Shown piece by piece: positions 25,949 through 35,422 of a stretch of 62,833 nucleotides of DNA (its first letter is position 1; the number at the start of each line of letters is the position of its first letter). The stretch is from Bacteroidota bacterium (GTDB lineage Bacteria; Bacteroidota; Rhodothermia; Rhodothermales; UBA10348): the NCBI GenBank assembly GCA_022571255.1, contig JACZYD010000003.1, forward strand, positions 1-62,833, read 5' to 3'. The notes below the pieces were generated by a model. It did no database searches and had not been told where the DNA came from. It worked only from the letters and a program-made list of their open reading frames with translations. The position numbers were made by a program, and so were the translations under genes.

Positions 25949-27004
25949 ATGGCCATTATTCAGGTCCTGGTAAGCCTCTTGCCCGTCGTATTATTTCTGG
26001 CGGCGCTCATTCTGATCGACAGCTACAAACTGGTCAATCCGAAATTCGTGGCAGCGGCTCTTTTCACGGGCGCACTGGCGGCGGCGGGCGGCTATTTCGT
26101 AAATACGAGCATCGTAGACTGGACCGGAATTTCGTACACGATGTTGACCAGGGCCGTGGCGCCGGTCGTGGAAGAGTCATTGAAGGCCACGTTTGTTGTT
26201 TATGCCATTCTGAGAAATCGCGTCGGATTTGCGGTAGACGCTGCCATTACAGGGTTCGCGGTCGGAGCCGGTTTTGCCGTGGTTGAAAACATTTATTTCC
26301 TGAATGCACTTACGGATGCCACCCTGAAAGTCTGGGTCATTCGGGGGCTCGGAACGGCGGTAATGCATGGAGGGACCATGACGGTTTTCGCTTTGATTGC
26401 CAAGTCTCTGGGCGATCGGGACACTCCGTCTTTCAAAACGTTTTTGCCGGCTCTGGCTGTGGCCATACTCCTGCACGCCGCATTCAACGTTTTCTTTTTG
26501 CGTCAGCCCATTCCGGGGACCGTGGTACTCGTTGTGATCTTTCCCTTACTGATCGTGACGCTTTTTAAAGAGAGTGAAAAACGGACACGGAGCTGGCTTG
26601 GTTCAGGATTCGATACGGACCAGGAACTCCTGAAATCCATTTTGTCGGGAGATGTCCGTAAAACGCGTGTCGGTGCATACCTTCACGATTTGAAGGAGCG
26701 TTTCGAAGGAAATGTCGTCGTCGATATGTTGTGCCTGATACGGATACGGGTGGAATTATCGATTCGAGCAAAAGGAGTGCTGATGATGCGCGAAGCCGGA
26801 TTTAAAGTAAAACCGGATCCAAGGACCCACCTCAAATTTACCGAACTTGATTATCTTGAGAAAGCGATCGGGAAAACCGGGCTGGTCGCGATTGAGCCCA
26901 TTCACAACTGGACACATCGCGATCTCTGGCAACTGAACCTCATCGATGCGCCGAAACAAAAGGCGAAACAGAAGGTGAAAACAGAGTCCGCCACGCCTGA
27001 CTGA
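25949..27004 (+). CDS. PrsW-family intramembrane protease with cytoplasmic C-terminal extension
   Basis: Multiple TM helices with VVEESLKATF, FAVGAGFAVVENIYF and GTAVMHGGTM motifs. Confidence 0.8.
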   Translation: MAIIQVLVSLLPVVLFLAALILIDSYKLVNPKFVAAALFTGALAAAGGYFVNTSIVDWTGISYTMLTRAVAPVVEESLKATFVVYAILRNRVGFAVDAAITGFAVGAGFAVVENIYFLNALTDATLKVWVIRGLGTAVMHGGTMTVFALIAKSLGDRDTPSFKTFLPALAVAILLHAAFNVFFLRQPIPGTVVLVVIFPLLIVTLFKESEKRTRSWLGSGFDTDQELLKSILSGDVRKTRVGAYLHDLKERFEGNVVVDMLCLIRIRVELSIRAKGVLMMREAGFKVKPDPRTHLKFTELDYLEKAIGKTGLVAIEPIHNWTHRDLWQLNLIDAPKQKAKQKVKTESATPD

Positions 27005-27055
27005 TGCCCGTGGCGGGGCGCACCGAAAGAAAGCGACGCCCCAAATCGGGCCGTG

Positions 27056-27337
27056 TTACTCCTGCTCGCAAACGGCCGCTACGATGGCATCGAATCCGGA
27101 AAGGCGACTGGCAGGGACCTGGTCTCTCAGGTCGCTGAATTCACCGTACGAGAGATCCCTGTCCATCTGCTCTTCAACCCATTCTTTTTCGAGAAAGGAC
27201 ATCATCTGGAGGTCGTATTCTTCTTCAAAATACTTGACCATTTCCAGAGCATTTTGTGACCCGGAATTGTCGGTGGGGAGGGTCGTAAAACCGGCGTGGT
27301 TCATGAATGAGTGGATCTTAAGGGTGAGGCTATCCAT
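27056..27337 (-). CDS. small acidic hypothetical protein
   Basis: 93-aa ORF downstream of and co-directional with the tandem-ABM gene. No recognisable motif. Confidence 0.45.
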   Translation of the reverse strand: MDSLTLKIHSFMNHAGFTTLPTDNSGSQNALEMVKYFEEEYDLQMMSFLEKEWVEEQMDRDLSYGEFSDLRDQVPASRLSGFDAIVAAVCEQE

Positions 27338-27408
27338 CTTTCTAAGGGGTCGAGCGATAAGGGAATTAAGAACAATACCGTTATCGGCCGGGCGCTCACC
27401 CGATTTAA

Positions 27409-27471
27409 AAATCCGGAGAATCAGGTTTTAAATCCGGAGAATCAGGTTTTCTGTCCGGTGATAATCCGGTA
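27409..27471. repeat. tandem repeat, 21 nt x 3 (aaatccggagaatcaggtttt) spanning the stop codon of the ABM gene
   Basis: Two perfect units (27409-27429, 27430-27450) and one diverged unit inside the CDS. The minus strand reads ITGQKT* / FSGFKT* / FSGFLNR. Confidence 0.85.
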
Positions 27472-28194
27472 CCCTTTTACCGACCCATCTTCACTGGTCA
27501 ATACTTCAGATTGCTGGTCGGGGTCCAGCGACATTTTCCACTGGGAAAGGGACGAGAAGAATGGCCGAGCCTGTTTGGTGAGTTCGTCAAAAAGCCCACT
27601 CTTTTCGTACGCATCTGCGTGTCGCTTGCTCTCCCAGACGGTAACAGACATCATCTCTTCGTCAGCGTGCGAGGCGATCATATATGCCCCCCGGCAGCCG
27701 TCAACCTTCATGAGCGTGGGCGTGGCTACTTCATCGTAGAAGTGTTCAGCTTCTTTCAGTTTGTCGGGTTTGATTCGAAAAGAGAAAATGCGCACATACG
27801 TGTAGTCCCCGATCTGTTCTGCCGGATCACCCGTTGTCATGCCGGCCACAACGGGCATTTCCTTCACGTCGGGTTCATCAGGAACAGGCAGGTATTCCAA
27901 TTTCATTTCATTGGTCAATTGGATTTTCCATTCTGTCGTGTCTTCTGAAAAAGGTGCCCCTTCAGAAAACAGTTTATCAAACAGACCACTCTGCTCGTAC
28001 GCGTGCGCCGCTTCGGGTGAATTCCATACGGTGAACGACAATAGACCTGATGCAGACGAAGAATCCTGGATCAGGCGGGCGAACAAACAACCGTCCACCT
28101 TCCTGAGTGTGGGGGCAACGCGAAAATCATAGAAACTCGTATAGGCTTCTACGGCTTCAGGGCGAACGGGGATATGTACAAAGCGCATGAACAT
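27442..28194 (-). CDS. tandem ABM (antibiotic-biosynthesis-monooxygenase/Dabb-fold) domain protein
   Basis: Two homologous halves: FVHIPVRPEAVEAYTSFYDFRVAPTLRKVDGC...FTVWNSPEAAHAYEQSGLFDKL and RIFSFRIKPDKLKEAEHFYDEVATPTLMKVDGC...VTVWESKRHADAYEKSGLFDEL. Confidence 0.75.
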   Translation of the reverse strand: MFMRFVHIPVRPEAVEAYTSFYDFRVAPTLRKVDGCLFARLIQDSSSASGLLSFTVWNSPEAAHAYEQSGLFDKLFSEGAPFSEDTTEWKIQLTNEMKLEYLPVPDEPDVKEMPVVAGMTTGDPAEQIGDYTYVRIFSFRIKPDKLKEAEHFYDEVATPTLMKVDGCRGAYMIASHADEEMMSVTVWESKRHADAYEKSGLFDELTKQARPFFSSLSQWKMSLDPDQQSEVLTSEDGSVKGYRIITGQKT

Positions 28195-28250
28195 GGCATC
28201 GGGGCGGGGTTCTGCCGGGTTTCAGTGAGTCTGGCCTATATAGTTCTAAT

Positions 28251-31200
28251 TTATTGCGGTTCACGTGCGGCCTGTTTCAGGAGCTGGTCAACTCGGTTTC
28301 GAGCGTATCGGACCTGATCCTGCAGACTGTCATCCGCACCGCTCCAAAGGTCGACAAAATTTATGTAGGCTTCAATAGCGGCATTGAGTTCCCCGTGCTC
28401 CGAATAAATTTCACCCAGACGGAGGTAAGCGAGAGGCTTGAGGGGTGCCGATGTTATAAAATCGGTTCCCAGGGCCATTTCGCTTGCCGTCGTGTAGAGG
28501 GAGAGCGCTTCGTCGCTTCTGCCAGCTCGTTCGTGCATCTCGGCCGAGCGATATACAGAGCAGTAAATACAACCCATGTCTTTAATTCCTGCATAAAGAT
28601 CAGCAGCAGAATCATAATTTCCTTCAGCCGCTACGAGTTCTGCCTCGCCGAAGAACGCTGTAAGCTGGAACATGCTTGCCTTTCTCTGCCCTTCAGGGAC
28701 CGATCGGTGATACTCATTCAGAAGATTACGTGCGGTTTCTGTATCTCCCAGCCTGGAATAGAGGCCGATCACGGAATTGTACGGACGATCCAACACAGCG
28801 AGTGATGAGAGTGGATATCGTGAGAGGATCTCAGAGAGCGACTGCCGTGCAGCATTGGCGTCTTCGAGTGCGTCCAGCTCTATAACCACTCCGGAGAGTA
28901 GATTTCTAAAAACAGCCAGCGTATCCTCGATCCCGATCAGCATATTTTCAGCCTGAGATTGGCGTTCACCTGCGTCACGCAGGCGGCCATGCATGACGTC
29001 ATTCTGCGCGGCAAGACCCAGATTAAACGCTTCCCATCCCGGGTCCGCGGCTGGGGTCATGTGGTCGAAAATCGAGTCGGCCTGTGAATAACTGCCACGG
29101 TCGAGCATGGACGTCGCTTCGAGAGGCTGCGTAAACGGATGGTCCGGATGTTCAGTTTTCAGTCGATCGATCAGACTGTCAGCGGCTTCCCATTTCCCGA
29201 GGGCGGCAAGCGTAAGAAGCTGGTTGTTGAAATAAACGATGTTGTTGCCAATCTCCAGGGCACGCCGCAATCGTTTTTCTGCCAAGTCATGATTACCAAA
29301 ATAATTATAACCAATAGCGACGTTGTTTAGGGCCACGCCCTCATCGGGATATTTTGCGAGAACCTTTTCATATTCCTCAAAGACTCGATCGACCTGCAGG
29401 TCGACATATGAGTAATAATAAGCTGTAGTCAGTCCCTTTTCCCGATCCGGAAGATTATCCCTCAACTCAAAAGCCCTTGTCGCCGCTTCCACGCTGAGCG
29501 CAGGGCGCTGTGCGTTTCCATACAGGACCCCGAGTTTGCGATAGGCCATGGCAAACGAAGGGTCGATTTCGACCGCCTGTTCAAGAAGCTCAATCGCTTC
29601 TTCGATATCGCCGGTCGCCTGATTGGAGAGTCCCTTGGAAAATAATCTCAACGCGTCGAGTGACGACGTAGTAACCTGATCCAGGTCTTCATTCGAGCGA
29701 ATTTCCTTGATCGACTCGCCTATTTTTTCCCGTAAGCGGTCGGACAAATGGTCTACTGCAGCAATAATTTTCGAATCGTCGGCAGCATTTTCACGCAGAG
29801 CCACCAACTCTTCGCCGTTGTGCGCGGCAATGAGTCGGGCGGAGAGGATAAATCCAGCACCGAGTGAGCTGATTTCTCCCGCTATGACGGCTTCAGCCCC
29901 TTCCCGTGCAGCGATTTCCATCGCTGTATCAATGTTGATTTCAGAGTCCGCAGGGCGGTTCATTCTGCGCAGCACCGAAACAAGATCAGATTTGTCCATC
30001 AGTTGAATGACGTTGGACTGCGACAGATCTATTCTAAGCGCCTCCGTAACGGCTTCCGCAAGTCGTTCGTCGCCAGTTTTATTCTCAAAATCGGCAATAA
30101 TCAGTTTCGCATTCTCAACGAGCGCTCCGGAAGACTGTAGAGACGCCGCCGGCCCGATTCCGGCGATCCGCATGATCATATAGGCCGCAGATACCACGAC
30201 GAGGCCTGACATTGAAAAAACTCCACCCCAGATTGCTTTTTGAAGCGTTAACCACGAATCGGTAGCGTTTTTCTCGTTTCTTGCTGCGAGAAACGTGATG
30301 GGAAAACCAATGACAATCAGCGTAGCTCCAAGAGGGAAAACCCAGTCAGGGAGACCAAGTCCTATCATAGCCGCGTAAACGAGCCCCAGCACTGCGGAGG
30401 CAATGATACCGAAGGCCATCAGGACAGCAGCGGGTGAGCGAGTGCCGCGTTTATGTGAACCGTTTTTGAACGAGCTTTCAGTGGCGGCGTCTTCAGGAGG
30501 CACGACCGCTTGTACTTTCGCTTGTACTTTGGATCCGCCGGATCCGCCGGATACCGCGGCCAGGACGCCTGAAGACGAAGACTGAGTATACATTCCAAGA
30601 GCCTGCGCCAGTTCAATCGCGCTCTGGAAACGGTCGTCAGCATCTTTCGAAAGGCACCGATCAATTATTCCGTCAAGGCCATCGGGAAGCTCCGCTTCGA
30701 TGGGCTCGTGCGCAGCATTTACAATGCCATAGATAAGCGCCGCTTCATACGTACCGTCGAAAGGTTGCCGCCCGGTGATCATCTCATACATCAATACGCC
30801 GACAGACCAGATGTCGGATCGGAAGTTGACCGGTTCCCCTTTCGCCTGCTCCGGGCTCATGTATGCCGCCGTACCAACCGTAGAGCCCGTTTTTGTCAGA
30901 TCAATCATCTCGCTGAGTTTGGCGATCCCGAAATCGAGAATTTTAACTTCTCCGCGCGCTGTGACCATAATATTGGCCGGCTTCACGTCGCGGTGAACAA
31001 TGCCTGCCTCATGGGCTCGGGCCAGTCCAGAAGCAATCTGAGAACCAATCAGTACTGCATCGTTAACAGAAAGAGGGCCATCATCCAGAAGATATTTCAG
31101 CGTCTGGCCATCGTAATAAGACATGACGATGAAGAGTTTTCCCTCTTCATCCTCGTCGATGTCGTGAATCGTGCAGATGTTTGCGTGATCGAGCGCTGAC

Positions 31201-31382
31201 GCGGCCCGTGCCTCTCGGATAAAACGTTTTTTAGACGTTTCGTCGCTGCTCAGATGTGGCGGCAAAAACTTGAGTGCGACCGTCCGGTCCAGCTTCGTGT
31301 CGTGAGCCTTGTAGACAATGCCCATGCCGCCCGATCCAAGCTGCTCCTGGATCTGGTATTGTCCTACTGTGCGGCCGATCAT
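28251..31382 (-). CDS. Hanks-type Ser/Thr protein kinase with TM segments and large extracytoplasmic TPR domain
   Basis: GSGGMGIVYKA...ALK, HRDVKPANIMV, DFGIAKL and GTAAYMSPEQ, followed by TM helices and ~650 aa of TPR-like repeats. Confidence 0.9.
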   Translation of the reverse strand: MIGRTVGQYQIQEQLGSGGMGIVYKAHDTKLDRTVALKFLPPHLSSDETSKKRFIREARAASALDHANICTIHDIDEDEEGKLFIVMSYYDGQTLKYLLDDGPLSVNDAVLIGSQIASGLARAHEAGIVHRDVKPANIMVTARGEVKILDFGIAKLSEMIDLTKTGSTVGTAAYMSPEQAKGEPVNFRSDIWSVGVLMYEMITGRQPFDGTYEAALIYGIVNAAHEPIEAELPDGLDGIIDRCLSKDADDRFQSAIELAQALGMYTQSSSSGVLAAVSGGSGGSKVQAKVQAVVPPEDAATESSFKNGSHKRGTRSPAAVLMAFGIIASAVLGLVYAAMIGLGLPDWVFPLGATLIVIGFPITFLAARNEKNATDSWLTLQKAIWGGVFSMSGLVVVSAAYMIMRIAGIGPAASLQSSGALVENAKLIIADFENKTGDERLAEAVTEALRIDLSQSNVIQLMDKSDLVSVLRRMNRPADSEINIDTAMEIAAREGAEAVIAGEISSLGAGFILSARLIAAHNGEELVALRENAADDSKIIAAVDHLSDRLREKIGESIKEIRSNEDLDQVTTSSLDALRLFSKGLSNQATGDIEEAIELLEQAVEIDPSFAMAYRKLGVLYGNAQRPALSVEAATRAFELRDNLPDREKGLTTAYYYSYVDLQVDRVFEEYEKVLAKYPDEGVALNNVAIGYNYFGNHDLAEKRLRRALEIGNNIVYFNNQLLTLAALGKWEAADSLIDRLKTEHPDHPFTQPLEATSMLDRGSYSQADSIFDHMTPAADPGWEAFNLGLAAQNDVMHGRLRDAGERQSQAENMLIGIEDTLAVFRNLLSGVVIELDALEDANAARQSLSEILSRYPLSSLAVLDRPYNSVIGLYSRLGDTETARNLLNEYHRSVPEGQRKASMFQLTAFFGEAELVAAEGNYDSAADLYAGIKDMGCIYCSVYRSAEMHERAGRSDEALSLYTTASEMALGTDFITSAPLKPLAYLRLGEIYSEHGELNAAIEAYINFVDLWSGADDSLQDQVRYARNRVDQLLKQAAREPQ

Positions 31383-31504
31383 AATAAATCGAGTGAGATT
31401 CCAGTGATGGGGATCCGGTGTATTTTACATTATACCGAATGGGTCGTAAGATCTCAACGGTTTATCAATTCAATAAATTGCACCGGGAGAAGTCCGAGTG
31501 GCTG

Positions 31505-31542
31505 AAATAAAAAAGGCTCGAAACGAAATTCGGACCTTTTTT
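31505..31542 (-). terminator. candidate intrinsic terminator after the STAS gene
   Basis: Imperfect hairpin aggctcgaa/ttcggacct flanked by an A-run and a T-run (aaataaaaaaggctcgaaacgaaattcggacctttttt). The stem has two central mismatches. Confidence 0.4.
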
Positions 31543-31562
31543 AAAAATAATATATTTATCAG

Positions 31563-31910
31563 CTACGACTTGGCGAGCGCAGCCACTGCCTCTTCGACCG
31601 TATCGTAGTCCGTGAAAATCGGCCCCAGAAGACGCGTGAGGACAAAAAGATTCTTAATTCGATCTTTCATGCAGGCCAGCTTGAGATCGCCGCCGGCAGT
31701 GCGCATCGTCGTGAGAGCCCCGATCAGCGTCCCGATACCGGACGAGTCCATGAAATCGGCTTTTGAGAGATCCACAATTACGTTGGTTTTCCCTTCAGCC
31801 TTCAACTCTTCGAGGCGATCTTTGAATGCAGCCCCCTCGATGCTACCGAGGAATTTTCCGGTGATCTGAAAAACTACAGCGTTATACTCTTCTCTCGTTT
31901 TGAACGGCAT
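31563..31910 (-). CDS. STAS-domain anti-sigma-factor antagonist (SpoIIAA/RsbV-like)
   Basis: 115 aa with DLSKADFMDSSGIGTLIGA carrying the phosphorylatable Ser, and a typical STAS length. Confidence 0.88.
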   Translation of the reverse strand: MPFKTREEYNAVVFQITGKFLGSIEGAAFKDRLEELKAEGKTNVIVDLSKADFMDSSGIGTLIGALTTMRTAGGDLKLACMKDRIKNLFVLTRLLGPIFTDYDTVEEAVAALAKS

Positions 31911-32037
31911 CGTTTTAGTCCGTAAATGGTTCGTTTAAAATCTTTGTCGCTACCCGGCTTGAAAATCTTTCGCCGTACTCTGTTCAGAATAAGAAGTAAA
32001 CCACATATCCGTGTTAAAAGATCGTGTGGAGAAGCTG

Positions 32038-33321
32038 TTATAGTTTAATTCTCTTCAGGCACAACATCGTGATATCGTCATTCTGCGGATGACCAGCCGC
32101 GTGTTTCCGGATTGCCTCTCCGACGGCAGCGATTATCTCTTCAGCGGATGCATGAGCCAGGGTTTTCAGCAGCGCTTCGAGGCGAACCTCTTCGTACTGA
32201 TCGTGAGCAGCGTTCATGGCTTCCGTAACACCGTCCGAAAACACAAACAGAAATTCGCCGAAGCCAATCGTCGTGATTTCTTCGCGATACTTTTGCGTGC
32301 CTACAAAACCGAGGACCAATCCGCCCATGGTTAATGTCTCGAGGGTCCCATCGGCACGTAAAATGTATGGCCGATTGTGACCTGCATTCGCATATCGAAA
32401 CGAATGGTCGGATGGATCGAGCACGCCGTAAAACAAGGTTACAAATGTGCCCTTCCGCAAACTTTGTGTCAGAAGTTGATTCGAACGCTCGATCGTTTCA
32501 TGGACCGAAACACAGAAGCGTGCCTGACCACGCAGAGTCGCCTGCACGTTCGACATCATGAGAGCGGCCGGAAGACCTTTTCCGGACACATCACCGACCG
32601 TGATTGCGATCCGACCATCATCAATAGGGATATAATCGTAATAATCTCCACCGACGTCTTGTGCGGGAATACTGATGCCGGCAAGGTCATAATGGTTGAC
32701 CGGCGGAGCTGCGGCAGGAAGCAGGTTTGTCTGAATTTCATTGGCGAAAATCAACTCCTGTTGCATGGTAACCAACTTTTTCTCTTCTTCAATGAGTCGA
32801 GCATTCTCCACGACCTGTCCCGACTGTCCAGCCAGAATGGAGAGAAGTCGTTGATCCTCTAACGAGAATCCTTCGCCGTGTTTTTTGTTGTATAACGTAA
32901 GGATGCCCGTAAGCCTCGACCGAACAAGCATTGGGGCTGACACAATGGAACTTATTTTTTCCGGCCACGCCACCCCTTGAAAACGTTTGTCATTCCCGGG
33001 ATCGTTGATGACGAGGGGTTTCCGGTTCAAATGCATCCACCCCAGTAAATTCTGATCCGGACTGTACGCTTCCTTGTCGCTTGAACTCGCCATCGTTCGA
33101 ACGAGCGTTTTGGTTGGATCGGCAGCGTCTTCTCCGACAAGCGTGACAACGCCCTGCTCGGCGCGGACAGCTTTGATAGAGCGTCGGATGATGGTCTGGA
33201 CAATGTCTTCCATCCCCCGGGAAGCTCCAATGGCCGCCGAAAGCTCATTCAATACAGATAGTTCCTCCACGGCTCGCCGTAGCTGTTTGTTTTCTCGCTG
33301 CAGGGCTTCCATCGACGACAT
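32038..33321 (-). CDS. GAF-domain PP2C (SpoIIE/RsbU-type) phosphatase
   Basis: N-terminal coiled coil plus GAF, then PP2C motifs DVGGDYYDYI, GDVSGKGLPAALMM, FSDGVTEA and NDDITMLCLKR. Confidence 0.88.
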   Translation of the reverse strand: MSSMEALQRENKQLRRAVEELSVLNELSAAIGASRGMEDIVQTIIRRSIKAVRAEQGVVTLVGEDAADPTKTLVRTMASSSDKEAYSPDQNLLGWMHLNRKPLVINDPGNDKRFQGVAWPEKISSIVSAPMLVRSRLTGILTLYNKKHGEGFSLEDQRLLSILAGQSGQVVENARLIEEEKKLVTMQQELIFANEIQTNLLPAAAPPVNHYDLAGISIPAQDVGGDYYDYIPIDDGRIAITVGDVSGKGLPAALMMSNVQATLRGQARFCVSVHETIERSNQLLTQSLRKGTFVTLFYGVLDPSDHSFRYANAGHNRPYILRADGTLETLTMGGLVLGFVGTQKYREEITTIGFGEFLFVFSDGVTEAMNAAHDQYEEVRLEALLKTLAHASAEEIIAAVGEAIRKHAAGHPQNDDITMLCLKRIKL

Positions 33322-33557
33322 AAACCAATTGGACGCTTATTGTATCACGAAAATGCTGGGCTTTAACCTCATAATGTACTGATTCCTCTTTATCATAGAC
33401 ACCCTCTGAAAGAAAAACCAAAAACATTTATTCAACCGTTTGTGCGTCAATATTGTGTTTATCCGGATCTGAGTCTGAACAGATTCGTTTTGCTGCCCGG
33501 AAAGAAACGTATTTTGATTTTCGATCTGATCACGTCATGATTTAATCGTCCGTCTGC

Positions 33558-35360
33558 ATGCGAATTCTCGCTCAGCTGAATCATTTTTACTGGACCTACA
33601 AAAGGCTGTTCATCCCCGGACTTCTTGCCGCTGTTGCATCCTCTGTCTTTGCGATTCTGGTCCCGATGGTTGTCCGTCAAATCGTAGACAGTATTCCTCG
33701 TTTTGTTGTTCTTTACCGTGTATTCGAGCGTACGCCGGTTGCAGATGAACTGTATGACCATTTTTTCGTGTCGCTTCTTGTGTTTGGTGTATTGATCATA
33801 GGTCTTGCGATCTGCAGTGGCGTTTTTTCTTTTCTGATGCGGCAAACCATCGTAGTCGCATCCCGGCACATCGAATTCGACCTCAGGAATCAGCTTTACG
33901 AACACCTGCAGCGCTTGTCCCACAACTTCTATCTGGAACGCAGTACCGGTGATCTTATCACACATGCCACCAGCGATATCGAACATATCAGGAGATATAT
34001 CGGGCCGGCGATCATGTATACGACACGCGCCCTTGTCATCATTGTAGCGGCAGTGACGGCAATGTTCATTATCTCGCCGCGCCTGTCATGGTTCGCGCTC
34101 ATTCCGATGCCCTTTCTCGGATTAGCGGTTTTTTTCATAGCGCGAATGGTTCATTCCCGCAGCGATGCCCTTCAGAGACAGTATTCACAGCTCACCAGCC
34201 GGGTACAGGAAGCTCTTGCGGGCATCAGGGTTCTGAAAGCATATGTGCGAGAAGAAATGGAGGCAGAAGCATTCGAAGAGGAGAGTAGAAAGTACAGAGA
34301 TCGGAGCCTGGAGCTGGCACTTGTTGAGGCTACCTGGAGGCCGATTTTCGTGATTCTGGTAGGGATGTCCAGTGTAATCATTGTCTGGGTCGGAGGCCTG
34401 CTTGTCATTGCCGGCGAAATTACGGTAGGTAACATTGCCGAATACATTATCTACGTTGCTCTTATGACGTGGCCTGTCGCAGCCATGGGATTTGTGATCA
34501 GCATGATTCAAAGGGCAGCCGCGTCGATGGAGCGTCTTACGAAAATCCTGCAGGCCGAGCCACAGATTCGAGACGATGACCGAACAGATCATACCATTGA
34601 TTCGGTAAAAGGCCGCATCACGTTTGAGAATGTCAGTTTTTGTTTCTCGCCGGATGATGAGCCCGTGCTTTCAGATCTGAGTTTTGACGTACCGGCAGGC
34701 AGTTCCCTCGCTATTGTCGGAAGGACGGGTGCTGGCAAAACTACGCTCGTAGAACTTTTACCCCGCTTGCTGGATTCTTCGTCTGGTATCATTCGTATTG
34801 ACGGGCACGATATCCGAACTATTCCCATTTCTGTACTGCGTGATTCAATCGGTTACGTTCCACAGGAAGTGTTTCTGTTTTCAGACTCCGTTTCGAACAA
34901 CATTGCATTCGGACGCATGCATGCCGGGCAGAAAGAAATTGAACGTGCAGCCGCCGATGCAGACTTGCTCGAAAACGTGCGCGATTTCCAGGACGGATTC
35001 AATACATTCGTGGGCGAACGGGGCATTACGTTGTCGGGTGGGCAAAAGCAGCGTACATCGATCGCGCGAGCGCTAATTCGCGAGCCGGACATTTTGATTC
35101 TTGACGATGCGCTTTCGGCTGTAGATGTGAGCACGGAGAGAACGATTCTTGAGAACCTGAGGGCCCAGTTCGGGCAGCGAACGATTGTCATCGTGAGTCA
35201 CAGGATCTCTGCCGTTCAGGACGCAGACCAGATTATTGTCCTTGATCATGGGAAAATTGTCGAGCACGGTGCACATTTCACTCTCGTAAAGTCAGGTCGA
35301 TTGTATGCCTCGTTATACCGCAAGCAGCAGCTGGAAGACGAACTTGCATCCATCGATTGA
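33558..35360 (+). CDS. ABC exporter, fused permease/ATPase (MdlA/MsbA-like half transporter)
   Basis: Six-TM N-domain, Walker A GRTGAGKTTL, signature LSGGQKQRTSIARAL, Walker B ILILDDALSAVD. Confidence 0.92.
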   Translation: MRILAQLNHFYWTYKRLFIPGLLAAVASSVFAILVPMVVRQIVDSIPRFVVLYRVFERTPVADELYDHFFVSLLVFGVLIIGLAICSGVFSFLMRQTIVVASRHIEFDLRNQLYEHLQRLSHNFYLERSTGDLITHATSDIEHIRRYIGPAIMYTTRALVIIVAAVTAMFIISPRLSWFALIPMPFLGLAVFFIARMVHSRSDALQRQYSQLTSRVQEALAGIRVLKAYVREEMEAEAFEEESRKYRDRSLELALVEATWRPIFVILVGMSSVIIVWVGGLLVIAGEITVGNIAEYIIYVALMTWPVAAMGFVISMIQRAAASMERLTKILQAEPQIRDDDRTDHTIDSVKGRITFENVSFCFSPDDEPVLSDLSFDVPAGSSLAIVGRTGAGKTTLVELLPRLLDSSSGIIRIDGHDIRTIPISVLRDSIGYVPQEVFLFSDSVSNNIAFGRMHAGQKEIERAAADADLLENVRDFQDGFNTFVGERGITLSGGQKQRTSIARALIREPDILILDDALSAVDVSTERTILENLRAQFGQRTIVIVSHRISAVQDADQIIVLDHGKIVEHGAHFTLVKSGRLYASLYRKQQLEDELASID

Positions 35361-35382
35361 AAAGTATGGCTTGAACCACATC

Positions 35383-35410
35383 GACACAGCAGCATGGACA
35401 CAGCAGCATG
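35383..35410. repeat. tandem repeat, 14 nt x 2 (gacacagcagcatg)
   Basis: Perfect duplication in the 62-nt gap between the two ABC genes. Confidence 0.8.
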
Positions 35411-35422
35411 GATTGAAGATTA

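Noticed and set aside
27005-27055. GGGGCG...CGCCCC hairpin between the convergent PrsW and small acidic genes as a bidirectional terminator.
   Set aside because: The stem is 6 bp with a 16-nt loop and no U-tract on either strand, which is too weak to annotate.
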